A stretch of DNA of 64,000 nucleotides from Candidatus Firestoneibacteriota bacterium. GTDB taxonomy: Bacteria > Oederibacteriota > D2-FULL-39-29 > JBBTED01. Below, in pieces: positions 1-14,489 of this stretch (its first letter is position 1; each line of letters opens with the position of its first letter). The notes under the pieces are model-generated. The model saw only the letters and a list, made by a program, of their open reading frames with translations. It was not told where the DNA came from and ran no database searches. The stretch lies in assembly GCA_038042445.1 (NCBI GenBank), contig JBBTED010000072.1, positions 1 to 64,000 of the forward strand. Reading direction: 5' to 3'. Both the position numbers and the translations under genes were made by a program.

Positions 1-148
1 TTATAGCCAGGATATTATCCATCAAAAGCTCATTTTAAAATGCAATGAATTATTCAACAAGAAACCATGGGGATTTGTATAAAAAAGCTAAATAATGCAA
101 ACCTGAAGATTTGCCCTACAATATAAAAAACCACACTAATTGAGAAAC

Positions 149-3408
<3,260 letters not shown>

Positions 3409-3412
<4 letters not shown>

Positions 3413-4452
3413 AGTGGAAGTTTTACAGTCATACCTAATTTGCTTGATTTATATATTGCAAGTATAATTTCTACTGATTTCCTTGCTTCTTCACCTGTAA
3501 CTAAAGGTTCTCTGTTATTTTCTATTGCATCACACATATCTGCTATCTGTACCTTGTGCCCTTGGCTTGGAATAGACAACGGATCCGCAAACCCCTCATC
3601 TTTACGTTCAATTTTGCTATCTTTTTTTTCTTCGCCTTCTATGTCCCAGTGTGTAATCATTCCATTTTCATAAATTATAGTTCCATTTTCACCATGAATT
3701 TCAATTCTCCCAGGATTTCCTGTTCCTGGATAAACAGCAGTTGAAGCTTCTATAATTCCAAATGCTCCATTTTTAAATTTAATCAACGCCATACCTACAT
3801 CTTCTACTTCAATTTTTCTAAGCATTGTTGCAGTTTGTGCTGTTACTGTATCTACAGACCCCATAAACCACTGAAGCAAATCTATGTAATGAATAGCTTG
3901 ATTCATTAAACATCCACCACCATCCATTTCCCATGTACCACGCCATTTACCACTATCATAATATGATTGTGTTCTCAACCATTTCATACATATATCTCCA
4001 ATTATTAGTTTCCCAAGTCTCCCATTTTCCAGTTCAGATTTTATTTTTATAGAATCAGTATATGTACGTGACTGAAATATCACACCTAATTTTACTTTTT
4101 GTTTCCTGCAAGCAGCAATAACAGCATCACATTTTTCCAAAGTAATATCCAGAGGTTTTTCCACCAAAACATGCTTGCCAGCATTAGCACAATCAATAGC
4201 TATTGTCCCGTGTGTCCCTGTAGGTGTTGCTACACACACTACATCTATATCAGAACGTTTTAACATCTCTTTATAATCTGTATAATAATCAATATTATTT
4301 TCAAGTGCAATTTTTTTCGCCATTTCTTCTTTCATATCTGAAACTGCTATTAATTTGGCTTTATCGGAATTATCCAATATACCTTTTATATGAAATGGAC
4401 CTATTCCACCCACACCAATAACTCCAAATCCAAATTTTTTCATCACATTCAT
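3409..4452 (-). CDS. Gfo/Idh/MocA family oxidoreductase
   Basis: GVIGVGGIG Rossmann motif, GKHVLVEKP, GGGCLMNQAIH; start may be the ATG at 4443 given SD spacing. Confidence 0.9.
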
Positions 4453-4466
4453 CTCCTTTTATATTA

Positions 4467-5372
4467 TTAATTTTGTAAATTCAATAATTCAATTGATGTT
4501 AAAGCTGTATTGTAATGAATAGTTACTGTATCATTAGTGTTTATAGCATATCCTCCTGCTAAAGTTACAACTACAGGAATTTTTTCTTTCCAGCACTTTT
4601 TTAAAATAATTTCATCTCGTTTTTTTAAACCTTCAATTGTAAGTTTCAAAAGTCCAAGCTGGTCATTTTCATAAGGATCAGCTCCGGCAATATAAAATAT
4701 AAATTCCGGCTTGAATTCACTAAATATTTTATCAACTGCTCCTTCTAATTTTTCAAGATAAATTTTATCGCCTGTATAATCATCTAAACCTATATCTAAA
4801 TTACTTTTTTGCTTAACAGGATATAAATTTTCCTGATGAATGGAAAAAGTAAAAACTTCTGCTATATTACTAAAAATATATGCTGTGCCATTTCCCTGAT
4901 GTAAATCACAATCCATTGTGGCAATACGTTTAACTTTTTTATCTCTTAATAGTTTTTTAATTGCAATTGCTACATCGTGAATATAACAGAATCCTTCTGC
5001 ATAATCAGGAAAAGAATGATGCCAACCTCCACCTATATGAAATCCAATTTTATGTTTTAAAACGATATCACTCGCAAGAATTGTTCCACCTACAGACAAC
5101 TTAAATAGCTCAGCTATTTCCAAAGTTAAAGGCAATTCAGAAGTCATTGTTTTATGCGTCCATTTAAGATTTAAAAAATCATTTAAATATTCTTTTGAAT
5201 GCACAAGTAATAATTCTTCATAATTTACAGGTTTTGGCTCAACAAAATCAGATTCTTTTGCGTATTTTTCTGCTATTAATTTTTCTTTTAAAAGATGATA
5301 TTTCTCTACAGGAAAAACATGTTTTCCAATATCACAACAATATTTATCAGAATACACAAAAATTTGTGGCAT
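4467..5372 (-). CDS. Histone deacetylase family (Zn-dependent deacetylase)
   Basis: GGWHH, GFC, DCDLHQGNGT, GADP, GGY motifs. Confidence 0.92.
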   Translation of the reverse strand: MPQIFVYSDKYCCDIGKHVFPVEKYHLLKEKLIAEKYAKESDFVEPKPVNYEELLLVHSKEYLNDFLNLKWTHKTMTSELPLTLEIAELFKLSVGGTILASDIVLKHKIGFHIGGGWHHSFPDYAEGFCYIHDVAIAIKKLLRDKKVKRIATMDCDLHQGNGTAYIFSNIAEVFTFSIHQENLYPVKQKSNLDIGLDDYTGDKIYLEKLEGAVDKIFSEFKPEFIFYIAGADPYENDQLGLLKLTIEGLKKRDEIILKKCWKEKIPVVVTLAGGYAINTNDTVTIHYNTALTSIELLNLQN

Positions 5373-5511
5373 TATTATGGAATACTAATTATTTTTAAAA
5401 TTTGAGTCAGTCACACAACCCAAAAAGGAAACAAATTCATTTCAACAAATACAACTGCATTTTATACTAAAAGAAAGACAGAATCAATAAAATTATTTTT
5501 TTATTAAAGAC

Positions 5512-5540
5512 TTGCAATACTCTATTATTTTTATTATATT
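5512..5540 (+). promoter_or_regulatory. Candidate sigma70 promoter of the GyrI-like gene
   Basis: TTGCAA-17 nt-TATATT; AAGGAGG SD before ATG 5595. Confidence 0.5.
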
Positions 5541-5594
5541 TTAATAGATTTTTATGTAAAATAATAGACGGGATATTATGCAAGGAGGATAAAA

Positions 5595-6209
5595 ATGGAA
5601 AAGTATGATTATAAAAAAAAGCTGAAATATTTATATGATGCCTCAGCAGATAAAATTGGAATAATTGATATTCCACCAATGAATTATTTAATGATTGATG
5701 GCAAAGGCAATCCTAACAAAGTGCCATCATTTAAAGAAGCAGTAGGAACGTTATATAGTATATCCTACAACCTAAAATTCACAATTAAGAAAGAAAAAAA
5801 TATAGATTACAAGGTAATGCCTTTAGAAGGACTCTGGTGGATGGAAGATATGAATAGTTTCAACCCAAATACTAAAGATGAATGGAAATGGACAATAATG
5901 ATAATACAACCTGACTTCATAAAGAAAGAAAACGCTATAAAAGCAATTGATTATGTAAAAAGGAAAAGTGGTTTTAATGGATTTCCCAAAGTAAGATTCG
6001 AAAAACTTGAAGAAGGTAAATGTGCGCAAATTTTATATATCGGACCTTATGAAAATGAAGAATCTACTATTAAAAATATGCACAAATTTGTACTTGAAAA
6101 TGGATATTCACTGTATGGAAAACATCATGAAATTTATCTTTCTGACCCAAGAAAATGTGCTCCTGAGAAATTAAGAACAATAATCAGACAACCAATAATA
6201 AAATCGTAA
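5595..6209 (+). CDS. GyrI-like small-molecule-binding domain protein
   Basis: IDGKGNPN, VMPLEGLWW, GPY..E, HHEIYLSDPRK..PEKLRTIIRQP. Confidence 0.88.
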   Translation: MEKYDYKKKLKYLYDASADKIGIIDIPPMNYLMIDGKGNPNKVPSFKEAVGTLYSISYNLKFTIKKEKNIDYKVMPLEGLWWMEDMNSFNPNTKDEWKWTIMIIQPDFIKKENAIKAIDYVKRKSGFNGFPKVRFEKLEEGKCAQILYIGPYENEESTIKNMHKFVLENGYSLYGKHHEIYLSDPRKCAPEKLRTIIRQPIIKS

Positions 6210-6212
6210 AGG

Positions 6213-6239
6213 AGATGTTGAAATAAATTCAGCATGACA
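6213..6239. repeat. Palindromic repeat, GTCAT..TGAC family, between convergent genes
   Basis: agatgttgaaataaattcagcatgaca; near-identical to 54739-54768 and related to 43901-43927. Confidence 0.75.
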
Positions 6240-6249
6240 AAACACGCAA

Positions 6250-8442
6250 TTATTGCAATGCTGGTAGGATTTTTTGTAAATTTAGTTGTGCGCTTGTATA
6301 ATTTGGCTCAATTGATAATGCTTTCTGCCAGACAATAGCTGCCATTTTGTAATTTCTCGTATTTGCATATATAACTCCTAAATTATTTAAGGCTTTTAAA
6401 TTTACAGGGTCAACTTTAACTGCTTTTTCACAAGTTCTAAGAGCAAGTTCCATAAGACCTTTTTTCCCATATAATACAGCCAGACTGTTATATGAATCAG
6501 CAGATTCATATATTTTTATTGCTGTTTCATATTCTGCTATTGCTTTATCATAATCTTGTTTTTTATCATAAATATATCCAAGATTATTATGCACAGACGC
6601 TAAATGTGAAGCAATTTGACTCGCTTTCTGATAATATTTTACTGCATCATCCAACATATTTCTTCTTTCAAAAAAATTGCCTATATTTGTATGAAGTGGC
6701 TCATTATCAAAACCAATTTCACTTGATTTCTCAAAATATTCGTATGTTTCAGGCAAATCCTGCCTGGCAAAATAAGTTTCTGCCATAAAATAAAAATAAT
6801 ATGCAAATAAATCCCTACTCATATAATCTCTATAGATATTTTTGTCCCCAATTCCCCTGATTAAATATGTTTTCTGGAGTAAGTTTTGTACAGCAAAATC
6901 CCCGGATAAAAAAGCTTTAAATAACAAACCAGCAGGATAGGTTTTTAATTCACGTTTATTTGCAAAATTTGTTCCAAGTGTAAAATAAATATATTCACGT
7001 TCTTTAAAAAACTTTACCTGTACTTCATCTTTCCTTTTATCATGCAAGAAACCTGGCAAATCCGCATAATCAGAACCGTATGGATTTAAAAAAACATTTC
7101 CTGTTTCATCATAAATTTTTGCTCCATTTTTTTCATTTTCACAATTATATACATACGATAATGGAAAAAGCATATTATCTCCTTCTACAAATGCAACATC
7201 ACCTTTTTGCAAAAAAGACAGTGTAGTGTTTGCATAATCATACGCTATAAAATTTCTGCTTTTATCACATTCAAAATAATTTGCAAAACCAGGTATTGCA
7301 GGCAAAAATAATACAGAGAAAAGATATACGTAGTTTTTGACACCTCTTATCTTAAGTGCAAGTATGCCAATCCCAATTCCAAATAATATATTTATTATTG
7401 CATAAGATGGAATAAGAAATGGCGAAACCTGATCAAGCGAAAAATTATCCAAATTAAAATTCAGTAAAAATATAAACCCTAAAGAGGAAAACAAATAAAG
7501 CATAATTAAAAATTTTAATATTGTTTTTTCTGTTTTTAAAAGGAATATAGACCCAAGTATTGGAAATATCAGAAATACCAATAACCATTGGTAAGATAAA
7601 AACTTGATATAAACCCAGCATTGAAGAAAAAATAATTCAAATGTACGAATATTTCCTGTAAGATCCCCATATTGCCTGCGTACAATATGATTTATCATTT
7701 TAGAAATATTTTCTGGATTTCCCCAGTCTATTGCAGGGTTTGCAATAGAACGAATAGGCAAATAAGTATAAAAACATAAACCTAACATTAAAAATGCAAC
7801 CAATTTAATATAAAAATTTAATCGTCTATTTATGGGACGAAATTTAGAATTTAAAAAAATAAATCCGAGATATACAGGTATAAAAAGTATCATAGTATGG
7901 TGATGAGCAAGACTAACACCATAGACAAGCCCAAAAATATATAGATATTTTTTAGCTCTGATAGGATTTTTTGATAAAACCTCTATATACCCTTTTATCA
8001 AAAGGTAAATTGTAGAGACAAAAAAAAGTATGTTAAGTGAATAGACTTCACTTGCGCAACTTTGACTCCATAATTCTTTTGAAAATGAAAAACATAATGC
8101 GCCAGATAATCCTGCAAAAATATGTCCTATTTGAAAACTCTTTGTTAAAAAACACAAACATTCTACTATTAATAGATATATCACTATAGCTGCACAACAA
8201 GAAAATACTGCTGTTGCAAAATTTATTTTAAATGCAGGTGTTCCAAATGGAATTATTGAAAATAAATTGGATAAGAAACAATATACAGGATATCCAGGAG
8301 GATGAGCAATTCCAAGTTTTAAAGCCGCTGTGGTTAACTCCCCACTATCACCAACATAAACAGTAGGACAAAGAGTTCTCAGATATACAAAAAGTGATAC
8401 AAAAAAAACAATTAAGCTGGTGTATTTTTTGACATACGTCAC
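6250..8442 (-). CDS. DUF2723/TMEM260-like GT-C glycosyltransferase with C-terminal TPRs
   Basis: PTVYVGDSGEL, LGIAHPPGYP, SEVYSL, YLPIRS..NP.IDWGNP, many TM helices, C-terminal TPR repeats. Confidence 0.85.
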   Translation of the reverse strand: MTYVKKYTSLIVFFVSLFVYLRTLCPTVYVGDSGELTTAALKLGIAHPPGYPVYCFLSNLFSIIPFGTPAFKINFATAVFSCCAAIVIYLLIVECLCFLTKSFQIGHIFAGLSGALCFSFSKELWSQSCASEVYSLNILFFVSTIYLLIKGYIEVLSKNPIRAKKYLYIFGLVYGVSLAHHHTMILFIPVYLGFIFLNSKFRPINRRLNFYIKLVAFLMLGLCFYTYLPIRSIANPAIDWGNPENISKMINHIVRRQYGDLTGNIRTFELFFLQCWVYIKFLSYQWLLVFLIFPILGSIFLLKTEKTILKFLIMLYLFSSLGFIFLLNFNLDNFSLDQVSPFLIPSYAIINILFGIGIGILALKIRGVKNYVYLFSVLFLPAIPGFANYFECDKSRNFIAYDYANTTLSFLQKGDVAFVEGDNMLFPLSYVYNCENEKNGAKIYDETGNVFLNPYGSDYADLPGFLHDKRKDEVQVKFFKEREYIYFTLGTNFANKRELKTYPAGLLFKAFLSGDFAVQNLLQKTYLIRGIGDKNIYRDYMSRDLFAYYFYFMAETYFARQDLPETYEYFEKSSEIGFDNEPLHTNIGNFFERRNMLDDAVKYYQKASQIASHLASVHNNLGYIYDKKQDYDKAIAEYETAIKIYESADSYNSLAVLYGKKGLMELALRTCEKAVKVDPVNLKALNNLGVIYANTRNYKMAAIVWQKALSIEPNYTSAQLNLQKILPALQ

Positions 8443-9080
8443 TTTCCGGATTTTACAAATTCAATATCATCAAAATAAGCAACAACTTTACCTTTTAATA
8501 TGAGCTGTATAATATTTATTTTTTCCCATCCATCTTGTACTGGAAATTTATTCTGCTGGACAGTTACTTTATTCCAGCCTTTCTTGTTAAGAGTGATTGG
8601 TTCTGTTATTCCCCATTTCTTCCATGTTGTTGAATCAAAAAGCTCAATAGTTACAGATGCAGATCCACTTTCTACATTAACATAAAATGAAATGGTATCA
8701 TTTTTACCCATTTCTTTTCCTTCAAGACGTTTTGTCAACCGTGCAAATTTTGTATCTGTAACAATTACAGGAGCATATTCAAATTTCAAGCTTTGCTTGC
8801 CATCTTTTATTAGTTTTTTATCAGTAACCAAAGAAAGTTTAACTACATCACCAATTGTCTCTTCTATTGCTCCATCTTTCCACTCCATTGTTCTTTGATT
8901 CCAACCTGTAATTTCTTTTGTTTCAAAATCATCCACTATAACTTTTTTTACCGGCACAATTTTAGCAGTAGTTTTAGATGCAGCTGGAACTGACTTTTTT
9001 TCTGCTGTAGCTTGTGCATTTATATTAACTGCATATAACAACCCCATTACAATAATAACTGAAATTCCTTTTTTCCCCAT
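8439..9080 (-). CDS. Secreted protein with probable carbohydrate-binding beta-sandwich
   Basis: Signal peptide; VDDFE start, GKQSLK, GWNKV, YFDDIEF end typical of CBM-like jelly rolls. Confidence 0.55.
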   Translation of the reverse strand: MGKKGISVIIVMGLLYAVNINAQATAEKKSVPAASKTTAKIVPVKKVIVDDFETKEITGWNQRTMEWKDGAIEETIGDVVKLSLVTDKKLIKDGKQSLKFEYAPVIVTDTKFARLTKRLEGKEMGKNDTISFYVNVESGSASVTIELFDSTTWKKWGITEPITLNKKGWNKVTVQQNKFPVQDGWEKINIIQLILKGKVVAYFDDIEFVKSGK

Positions 9081-9161
9081 ATTCGTACACCTCCTGGTAT
9101 TTTTGATTTCTTCGTTATATTAATATATTAATGTAAATTCTATCAAATCAATCAACCTAAA

Positions 9162-11054
9162 TCAATGATTTTTTAGTGACTCAAGACCTTGTTTTGCCTG
9201 AATATTGTTTGGATCAAGTTTTAAAACAATCTCCCAATTCGTACGAACTTTACTAAATTCTTTTTTATTATAGTATATGGCTCCTAAATTATAATACATC
9301 TGAGGATCATTTGGTCTTAATCTTGCTGCTTTTTCCATTTCATAAGCAGCCATATTAAAATCTCCTTTATTAAAATATTGTTCTGCAATTTTCGCATACG
9401 CATCAGGATTATTAATGATTGAAACGCCTCCATATTGCCTATTTGTATTTGCAATATCAGGATTTAATTTGGGATTAGCATATACTATATATTCTCCTAT
9501 TTGTTTAATTGGGACCCAATTTTCTTTTTCCATTTTATATACAACTTCCATACATCCTCCCTGCCACATCGTCCAACGTCTCTCAATATTATCCAGAACA
9601 AAAAATTTTGCATTTGTATGTGAACAGTCAAAAAAGAAGTCTTTATCTTCTATTATAACATCAGGATCATATGGAACTCCTTCTTTCGCACTAACCTGAG
9701 TTAATAGCGTAGTTTTACATTTTAAAAGCCATCGCAACTCTCCACTTGCAATCACAAAATCATCTTTGCCAATTTTTTCATTTATAAATTTTGCCGTAGC
9801 TTCTGTATTTTCAACAGATTCATTAGCCCAATAATCAATTTTGGTTTTCAGCTTTGAAGTAATAACACCTGTAAAACTTTCCTTCACCATAGGACTAAAA
9901 ACTAAAACTAAAATAAGGGAAAAAATTGCGGTTGTCCATTTTAAAATTTTTTGCTTGTTTGCCTTAAGTAATAGTTTTTCTATAATTTGACTTGCCCTAT
10001 CAAAAAGTGCAGCTACACCTATAGGAAGTATTGGTACAAGCCCTATTGCCGGATAGAAAAAAACAGGTATATTAGATCTTTGTCTAAATATTTCAATTGA
10101 GAGAAAGAAAAAGAAAATAAGTGATACATATTTATAAAACCGTTTTTGGATAAAAAATATTCCTATTCCTCCTAAAAAAATCATATAGTCTATTTTAAAA
10201 AAATTTACGTAATTATTAAATATATATTTAATCGTATCAAAAATTGTTTTTTGTGCAGTGCCTCTATTAGTCTCTGATATAATTCGTTTTATCTCATAAA
10301 AAAGTCTATCTCCATCCTTAATAAACATAGCTATCAAAAGTAATACTATTGGAACAATACTTAAAGCTATAGTTTTTACAATTTTTTTCCTGTCAGTTAT
10401 AAAAACAAATACATACAAAAATAAAAATATTCCAATAATCCAATAGCAGGTAATTGATGCTAATCCAGCAGATAAAATGGCTAAATTAAGCCAATGATTT
10501 CTACGAGTATTATAAAATTTAATGCAAAAGTAGAAACAAGTAAATATCAATAGCATTGCCTGGTTATGTATAAAACTCCATCTATTATGAATTACCGCAA
10601 GTGGATAAATTGCAAAAATAAAAGATGCCCATATTCCTGCTCGCTTGCTAATTAATTCTTTTCCTGTAAAATATATAAATAATGTAGCAATAACTCCTAA
10701 AATTGCAGTCCATAAACGTGCTATTAAAATATCATAAGTAAAAATCTTCAATAATAGCCCAGTTATAATATACCAAAGTGGCGGGTTAGGAAGAAAATAT
10801 GAAAAAAAACTCCATTTTAGAGCGCCTATCCTAAGAGAACCATTAATTAACTCCCAAGCACCTGTAAAATATATAAATTCATCACCATACCAACAAGGTG
10901 TATTTCTTAAATTCCAGGTTCTCAAAAAAAGACTTATTAAAAGAATAATAGTCATTATCCATTTTGTATTTTTAACAAACAAACTATTGTCTGCTATGTT
11001 TTCAACATTGGATTGTTTTTGAATTATTTTATGTTTCTGCTTGTTTTTTCCCAT
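9162..11054 (-). CDS. GT39/ArnT-PMT-like glycosyltransferase with C-terminal TPRs
   Basis: LR.WNL...P.WYGDE first-loop acidic motif, PPLWY, AR.W.A..G, multi-TM, TPR tail. Confidence 0.82.
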   Translation of the reverse strand: MGKNKQKHKIIQKQSNVENIADNSLFVKNTKWIMTIILLISLFLRTWNLRNTPCWYGDEFIYFTGAWELINGSLRIGALKWSFFSYFLPNPPLWYIITGLLLKIFTYDILIARLWTAILGVIATLFIYFTGKELISKRAGIWASFIFAIYPLAVIHNRWSFIHNQAMLLIFTCFYFCIKFYNTRRNHWLNLAILSAGLASITCYWIIGIFLFLYVFVFITDRKKIVKTIALSIVPIVLLLIAMFIKDGDRLFYEIKRIISETNRGTAQKTIFDTIKYIFNNYVNFFKIDYMIFLGGIGIFFIQKRFYKYVSLIFFFFLSIEIFRQRSNIPVFFYPAIGLVPILPIGVAALFDRASQIIEKLLLKANKQKILKWTTAIFSLILVLVFSPMVKESFTGVITSKLKTKIDYWANESVENTEATAKFINEKIGKDDFVIASGELRWLLKCKTTLLTQVSAKEGVPYDPDVIIEDKDFFFDCSHTNAKFFVLDNIERRWTMWQGGCMEVVYKMEKENWVPIKQIGEYIVYANPKLNPDIANTNRQYGGVSIINNPDAYAKIAEQYFNKGDFNMAAYEMEKAARLRPNDPQMYYNLGAIYYNKKEFSKVRTNWEIVLKLDPNNIQAKQGLESLKNH

Positions 11055-13387
11055 ATTAGTATTATTCCTATAATTAATATAATAATTATACTTGTTATTA
11101 CAGAGATATACATTCCTATTTTAACTGAAAATGGTTCATATTTAAATTTAATTATATGTTCTCCAGATTTAAGAGCTATACTGCGAAGTGCATAATTTGC
11201 TTTGTATATTTTTGTTTCTTTTTCATCAACATAAGCTTTCCATCCAGGAAAATAAACTTCACTTAAAACCATATATCCATCATTTTTTATATTCGCTTTC
11301 AATTCTATCTCATTTGCCTCATACTTAGTTATATAAACTTGTGATGTTGACTGATTAGAATTAGCAACAAATTCCTTTGGCTCTTCTTCAAGTATCACCT
11401 GTGTCCTTGGATTAAAATTTCCACTTTTCATCTCAGCAAATATAGAACTTTTATCTTTTATGACTTTAATATTGTTTACCATATACGCACGTGGCCATGA
11501 ATTTATATAACGATATATTTTAATATTCCCGTCTTGTTCTAATTTTAACAATGGATGATCTAATTTATTTGAAGCCAAAATATATTTAACATTTAACATA
11601 TCCCATAATAAAAAACTATTAGTTCCAAGTTCACTTAATAATTCAGTAGGACATTTAAGTGGAACTCCATGGTACCCTGTAATACTTTGAATTTTATGAA
11701 ACATCCAATGATTGCTCATATAACCAGAATTTCTATCTATTGCAAATATTCTAAATACATCTTTGTCGTGTTGTAAAAAATCTATAACATAATCTTTATT
11801 TATTAGTTTGCGTGGATCAGATGTATTGACAAAACTGGAATTCAAAGACCAAAGATCAAAAATTATTAAGCAGGAAAATAAAATTTTTGCAAAGTTAGAT
11901 TTAATTTTTTTTAATAATAAAAAAATTAGCGTAGCGCTCAAACCAATCATTACAATTGTAAATTTAAAACTTTTCAATGCAATCTCGTCTCTTAATTGTT
12001 TATCTAAAATACCCCCTGGAATTTTAGATTTTATAAATTCTACAAAATTATCGAGATTTGCATAACTTATGACACCAACAAATAATACAATTCCCACTGT
12101 TACAAAAAGACCTGTTTTTAATTGTTTTAATCTATTAATATTTGTCTCTTCTATTATATTTTTTTTACTTTTAGATAGTTTTTTTTCAAATTTGGATTTT
12201 ACAAATTCAAATAATCCAGACAAACTCAACCCCGCAAGCAATGAAGCTGAAAAACTGAACAATATAAGAAACCTTCTTGAGTTTCTAAAAGAACCAAAAA
12301 GTGGCAAATAATACACTAATTTGTAAAGTGGTGTAAACCCTCCACAAGCTAAAATTAAGCTTGCTATAGCAAGAGTAATAAAAAATCTTATATGGATTTT
12401 ATAGTCTTTAACAAATAGAATTGATAAAATAGCCAAAATCAAGGTTGAAATTCCAATATAATCTGAGTGCTGAACTGGAAAACGAGAAGTCTCCCAACCA
12501 TTTCTTCCCCAATATGTTTGATCTTTTAGACCGAATAATCCTGGAATAATATATGAAAGCAATTCTTCAGGTGGCGTTGAAAATGAACTTGCGAATTCAT
12601 AACCCGTACCAACTCTATGAGATTGTGTATAATACTCATAAAATGGAATAAATTGCACTGCACTTAATGCACACCCTATAATTACAAATATAATAAATAA
12701 TAAAGTAAATTTTGCTATTTGTTTTGTATTTTTTTCCTGTTTCCACAATAAAAACATACGATATATAAAATAAACAGATAATGCCAACATTATATAATAT
12801 ATATACTGCATACCACCCGTTAACATTTGAAATCCAAATCCAACACCTCCTATTAAAAAATATATGTATTGCTTTTTAACAATTCCTCTTTCCAAACAAA
12901 AAAACAGAAATGGAGTCCAAACCATAGCACAAATATTTAAAACATGACCTGCATTTATTAAGGTAATTATATGCCCTGTAAACATAAATGCTACAGCTGA
13001 AAAGAATGCAGCAAATCTATCAGATATTATTTGCATCATTAAAAGATACATAAAAAACCCTGCTAAAAATATATGTAGGATAAAATTATAATTGGTTTGC
13101 AAATGTGCTGGAACTTTCAACAAATTAAAAATTAAATTTGGTGGATAGATTACTGGATCTACTTGGCCACCCACTAATAATGGCACTCCACTATTAATAT
13201 ATGGTAGCCATAAAGGCATTTTTCCTTCTTTCAACATCTCAACTGACGCATATTTAAAAGGATATCCTTGAATTAATAAATCGCCACCACCAACCATTGT
13301 ATTGGGTAAAAACAGATTTGACAAAAATACCAAAGGTATAATAGCTAAAAGCAATACTGCAATTATATCTTTATATATTTTTTTCAT
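11024..13387 (-). CDS. YfhO family membrane glycosyltransferase
   Basis: GGGD, PLWLPY..SG.P, YIG, FR..RRF, VLSEVYFPGWKAYVD, ANYALRSI....GEH.I.F.YEP. Confidence 0.88.
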   Translation of the reverse strand: MKKIYKDIIAVLLLAIIPLVFLSNLFLPNTMVGGGDLLIQGYPFKYASVEMLKEGKMPLWLPYINSGVPLLVGGQVDPVIYPPNLIFNLLKVPAHLQTNYNFILHIFLAGFFMYLLMMQIISDRFAAFFSAVAFMFTGHIITLINAGHVLNICAMVWTPFLFFCLERGIVKKQYIYFLIGGVGFGFQMLTGGMQYIYYIMLALSVYFIYRMFLLWKQEKNTKQIAKFTLLFIIFVIIGCALSAVQFIPFYEYYTQSHRVGTGYEFASSFSTPPEELLSYIIPGLFGLKDQTYWGRNGWETSRFPVQHSDYIGISTLILAILSILFVKDYKIHIRFFITLAIASLILACGGFTPLYKLVYYLPLFGSFRNSRRFLILFSFSASLLAGLSLSGLFEFVKSKFEKKLSKSKKNIIEETNINRLKQLKTGLFVTVGIVLFVGVISYANLDNFVEFIKSKIPGGILDKQLRDEIALKSFKFTIVMIGLSATLIFLLLKKIKSNFAKILFSCLIIFDLWSLNSSFVNTSDPRKLINKDYVIDFLQHDKDVFRIFAIDRNSGYMSNHWMFHKIQSITGYHGVPLKCPTELLSELGTNSFLLWDMLNVKYILASNKLDHPLLKLEQDGNIKIYRYINSWPRAYMVNNIKVIKDKSSIFAEMKSGNFNPRTQVILEEEPKEFVANSNQSTSQVYITKYEANEIELKANIKNDGYMVLSEVYFPGWKAYVDEKETKIYKANYALRSIALKSGEHIIKFKYEPFSVKIGMYISVITSIIIILIIGIILIWEKTSRNIK

Positions 13388-13397
13388 AATTTTTCCC

Positions 13398-14423
13398 TTA
13401 TGGTTTGCCTTTTTCCACCAAACTATCGTTTTTAAACGTATTTATATCTGTAAATAGCATAAATTTCAAACCAGAAGATACAGTAGCATAAGTACCAATT
13501 AATACAATAATAAGCCCTGTAACTATGTGATGAAATAGAATTATTCCGGGAAGCAATTCTTTAGAAAGAGAAAATCCGAATATGAATATTATACTTAAAT
13601 ACCATTCAGCAGTTCCCAGACTACCTGGTGGAGTAGGCAAAATATAAAATAGATTGTACATTATTATGCCAACTACAGCGATTAAAAAAGGAATATCAAA
13701 AGACATAGATTTTGCTAAATAAAACACAGCTAAACCTTCAGCAATAAGTATCGAAAATGAAATTAAAATTATTGTAGGCAGATTTTCATATTGTTTTTCT
13801 ATCACAGCTAAACCATCTACAAAGGTGGAAACAATTGAATTAATTTTCCCTATTGTAGTGTTCGGTAAAAAAAACAAAAGAGAGTCAACAGTTTTTAGAA
13901 TTTTTCCTTTGCTTTTTTCCCGCATCAGTATAAAAAGCATAAGAAAGAAAAATACAGCTATCATTACTACTAATCCCCAACGAAGATATGGATGGAACCT
14001 AAAAGGTAAAAATGGTAAAATCAAAAAAACTACAAGTGTACTACCCAGTGAAAAAATTCTATCTATAAAAACAGTAGGGAAACTTTGAAGTATCGAAATA
14101 GAATTATTTTTTTTTAATACATAAGTCTGAACAACTTCACCAAATTTTAATGGCATTACCCAGTTAATATATATTCCACACATATATGATTTAAACAAAT
14201 CAGAAAATTTAATTTTTTTAATTGGTAAAAGTATTTTGCCCCACCTTAAAGTTTTAAAAATAAAAGAAAGTATGAAAAACCCGCCACCTAAAATTGCAGG
14301 AAAGATTTTTATTGTTTTAAAATTATTTAATGTAGTATTCAGGTCGACAAATTTACTCCATGCAATAAATGAAAGCAAACCTATTATAAACCCCACTAAT
14401 ATCTTAATATAAGACTTCTTCAT
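13398..14423 (-). CDS. Lysylphosphatidylglycerol synthase TM domain / flippase-like protein (UPF0104)
   Basis: LRW..LL, P.KFGE, TVFIDR, PTPPGSLGTAE; start moved to ATG 14423 because a promoter occupies the upstream extension. Confidence 0.82.
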   Translation of the reverse strand: MKKSYIKILVGFIIGLLSFIAWSKFVDLNTTLNNFKTIKIFPAILGGGFFILSFIFKTLRWGKILLPIKKIKFSDLFKSYMCGIYINWVMPLKFGEVVQTYVLKKNNSISILQSFPTVFIDRIFSLGSTLVVFLILPFLPFRFHPYLRWGLVVMIAVFFFLMLFILMREKSKGKILKTVDSLLFFLPNTTIGKINSIVSTFVDGLAVIEKQYENLPTIILISFSILIAEGLAVFYLAKSMSFDIPFLIAVVGIIMYNLFYILPTPPGSLGTAEWYLSIIFIFGFSLSKELLPGIILFHHIVTGLIIVLIGTYATVSSGLKFMLFTDINTFKNDSLVEKGKP

Positions 14424-14430
14424 AAAACAT

Positions 14431-14459
14431 ACTATATTAACATTTATATTACAAATCAA
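14431..14459 (-). promoter_or_regulatory. Candidate sigma70 promoter, leaderless, for the glycosylation operon
   Basis: TTGATT-17 nt-TATAGT-7 nt-ATG on the minus strand. Confidence 0.6.
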
Positions 14460-14489
14460 GATATTTTATTAGAAATTAATTGAATTTTT

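Noticed and set aside
1..22. Possible minus-strand gene start MDNILAI at the window edge
   Set aside because: Only seven codons are visible; cannot be identified
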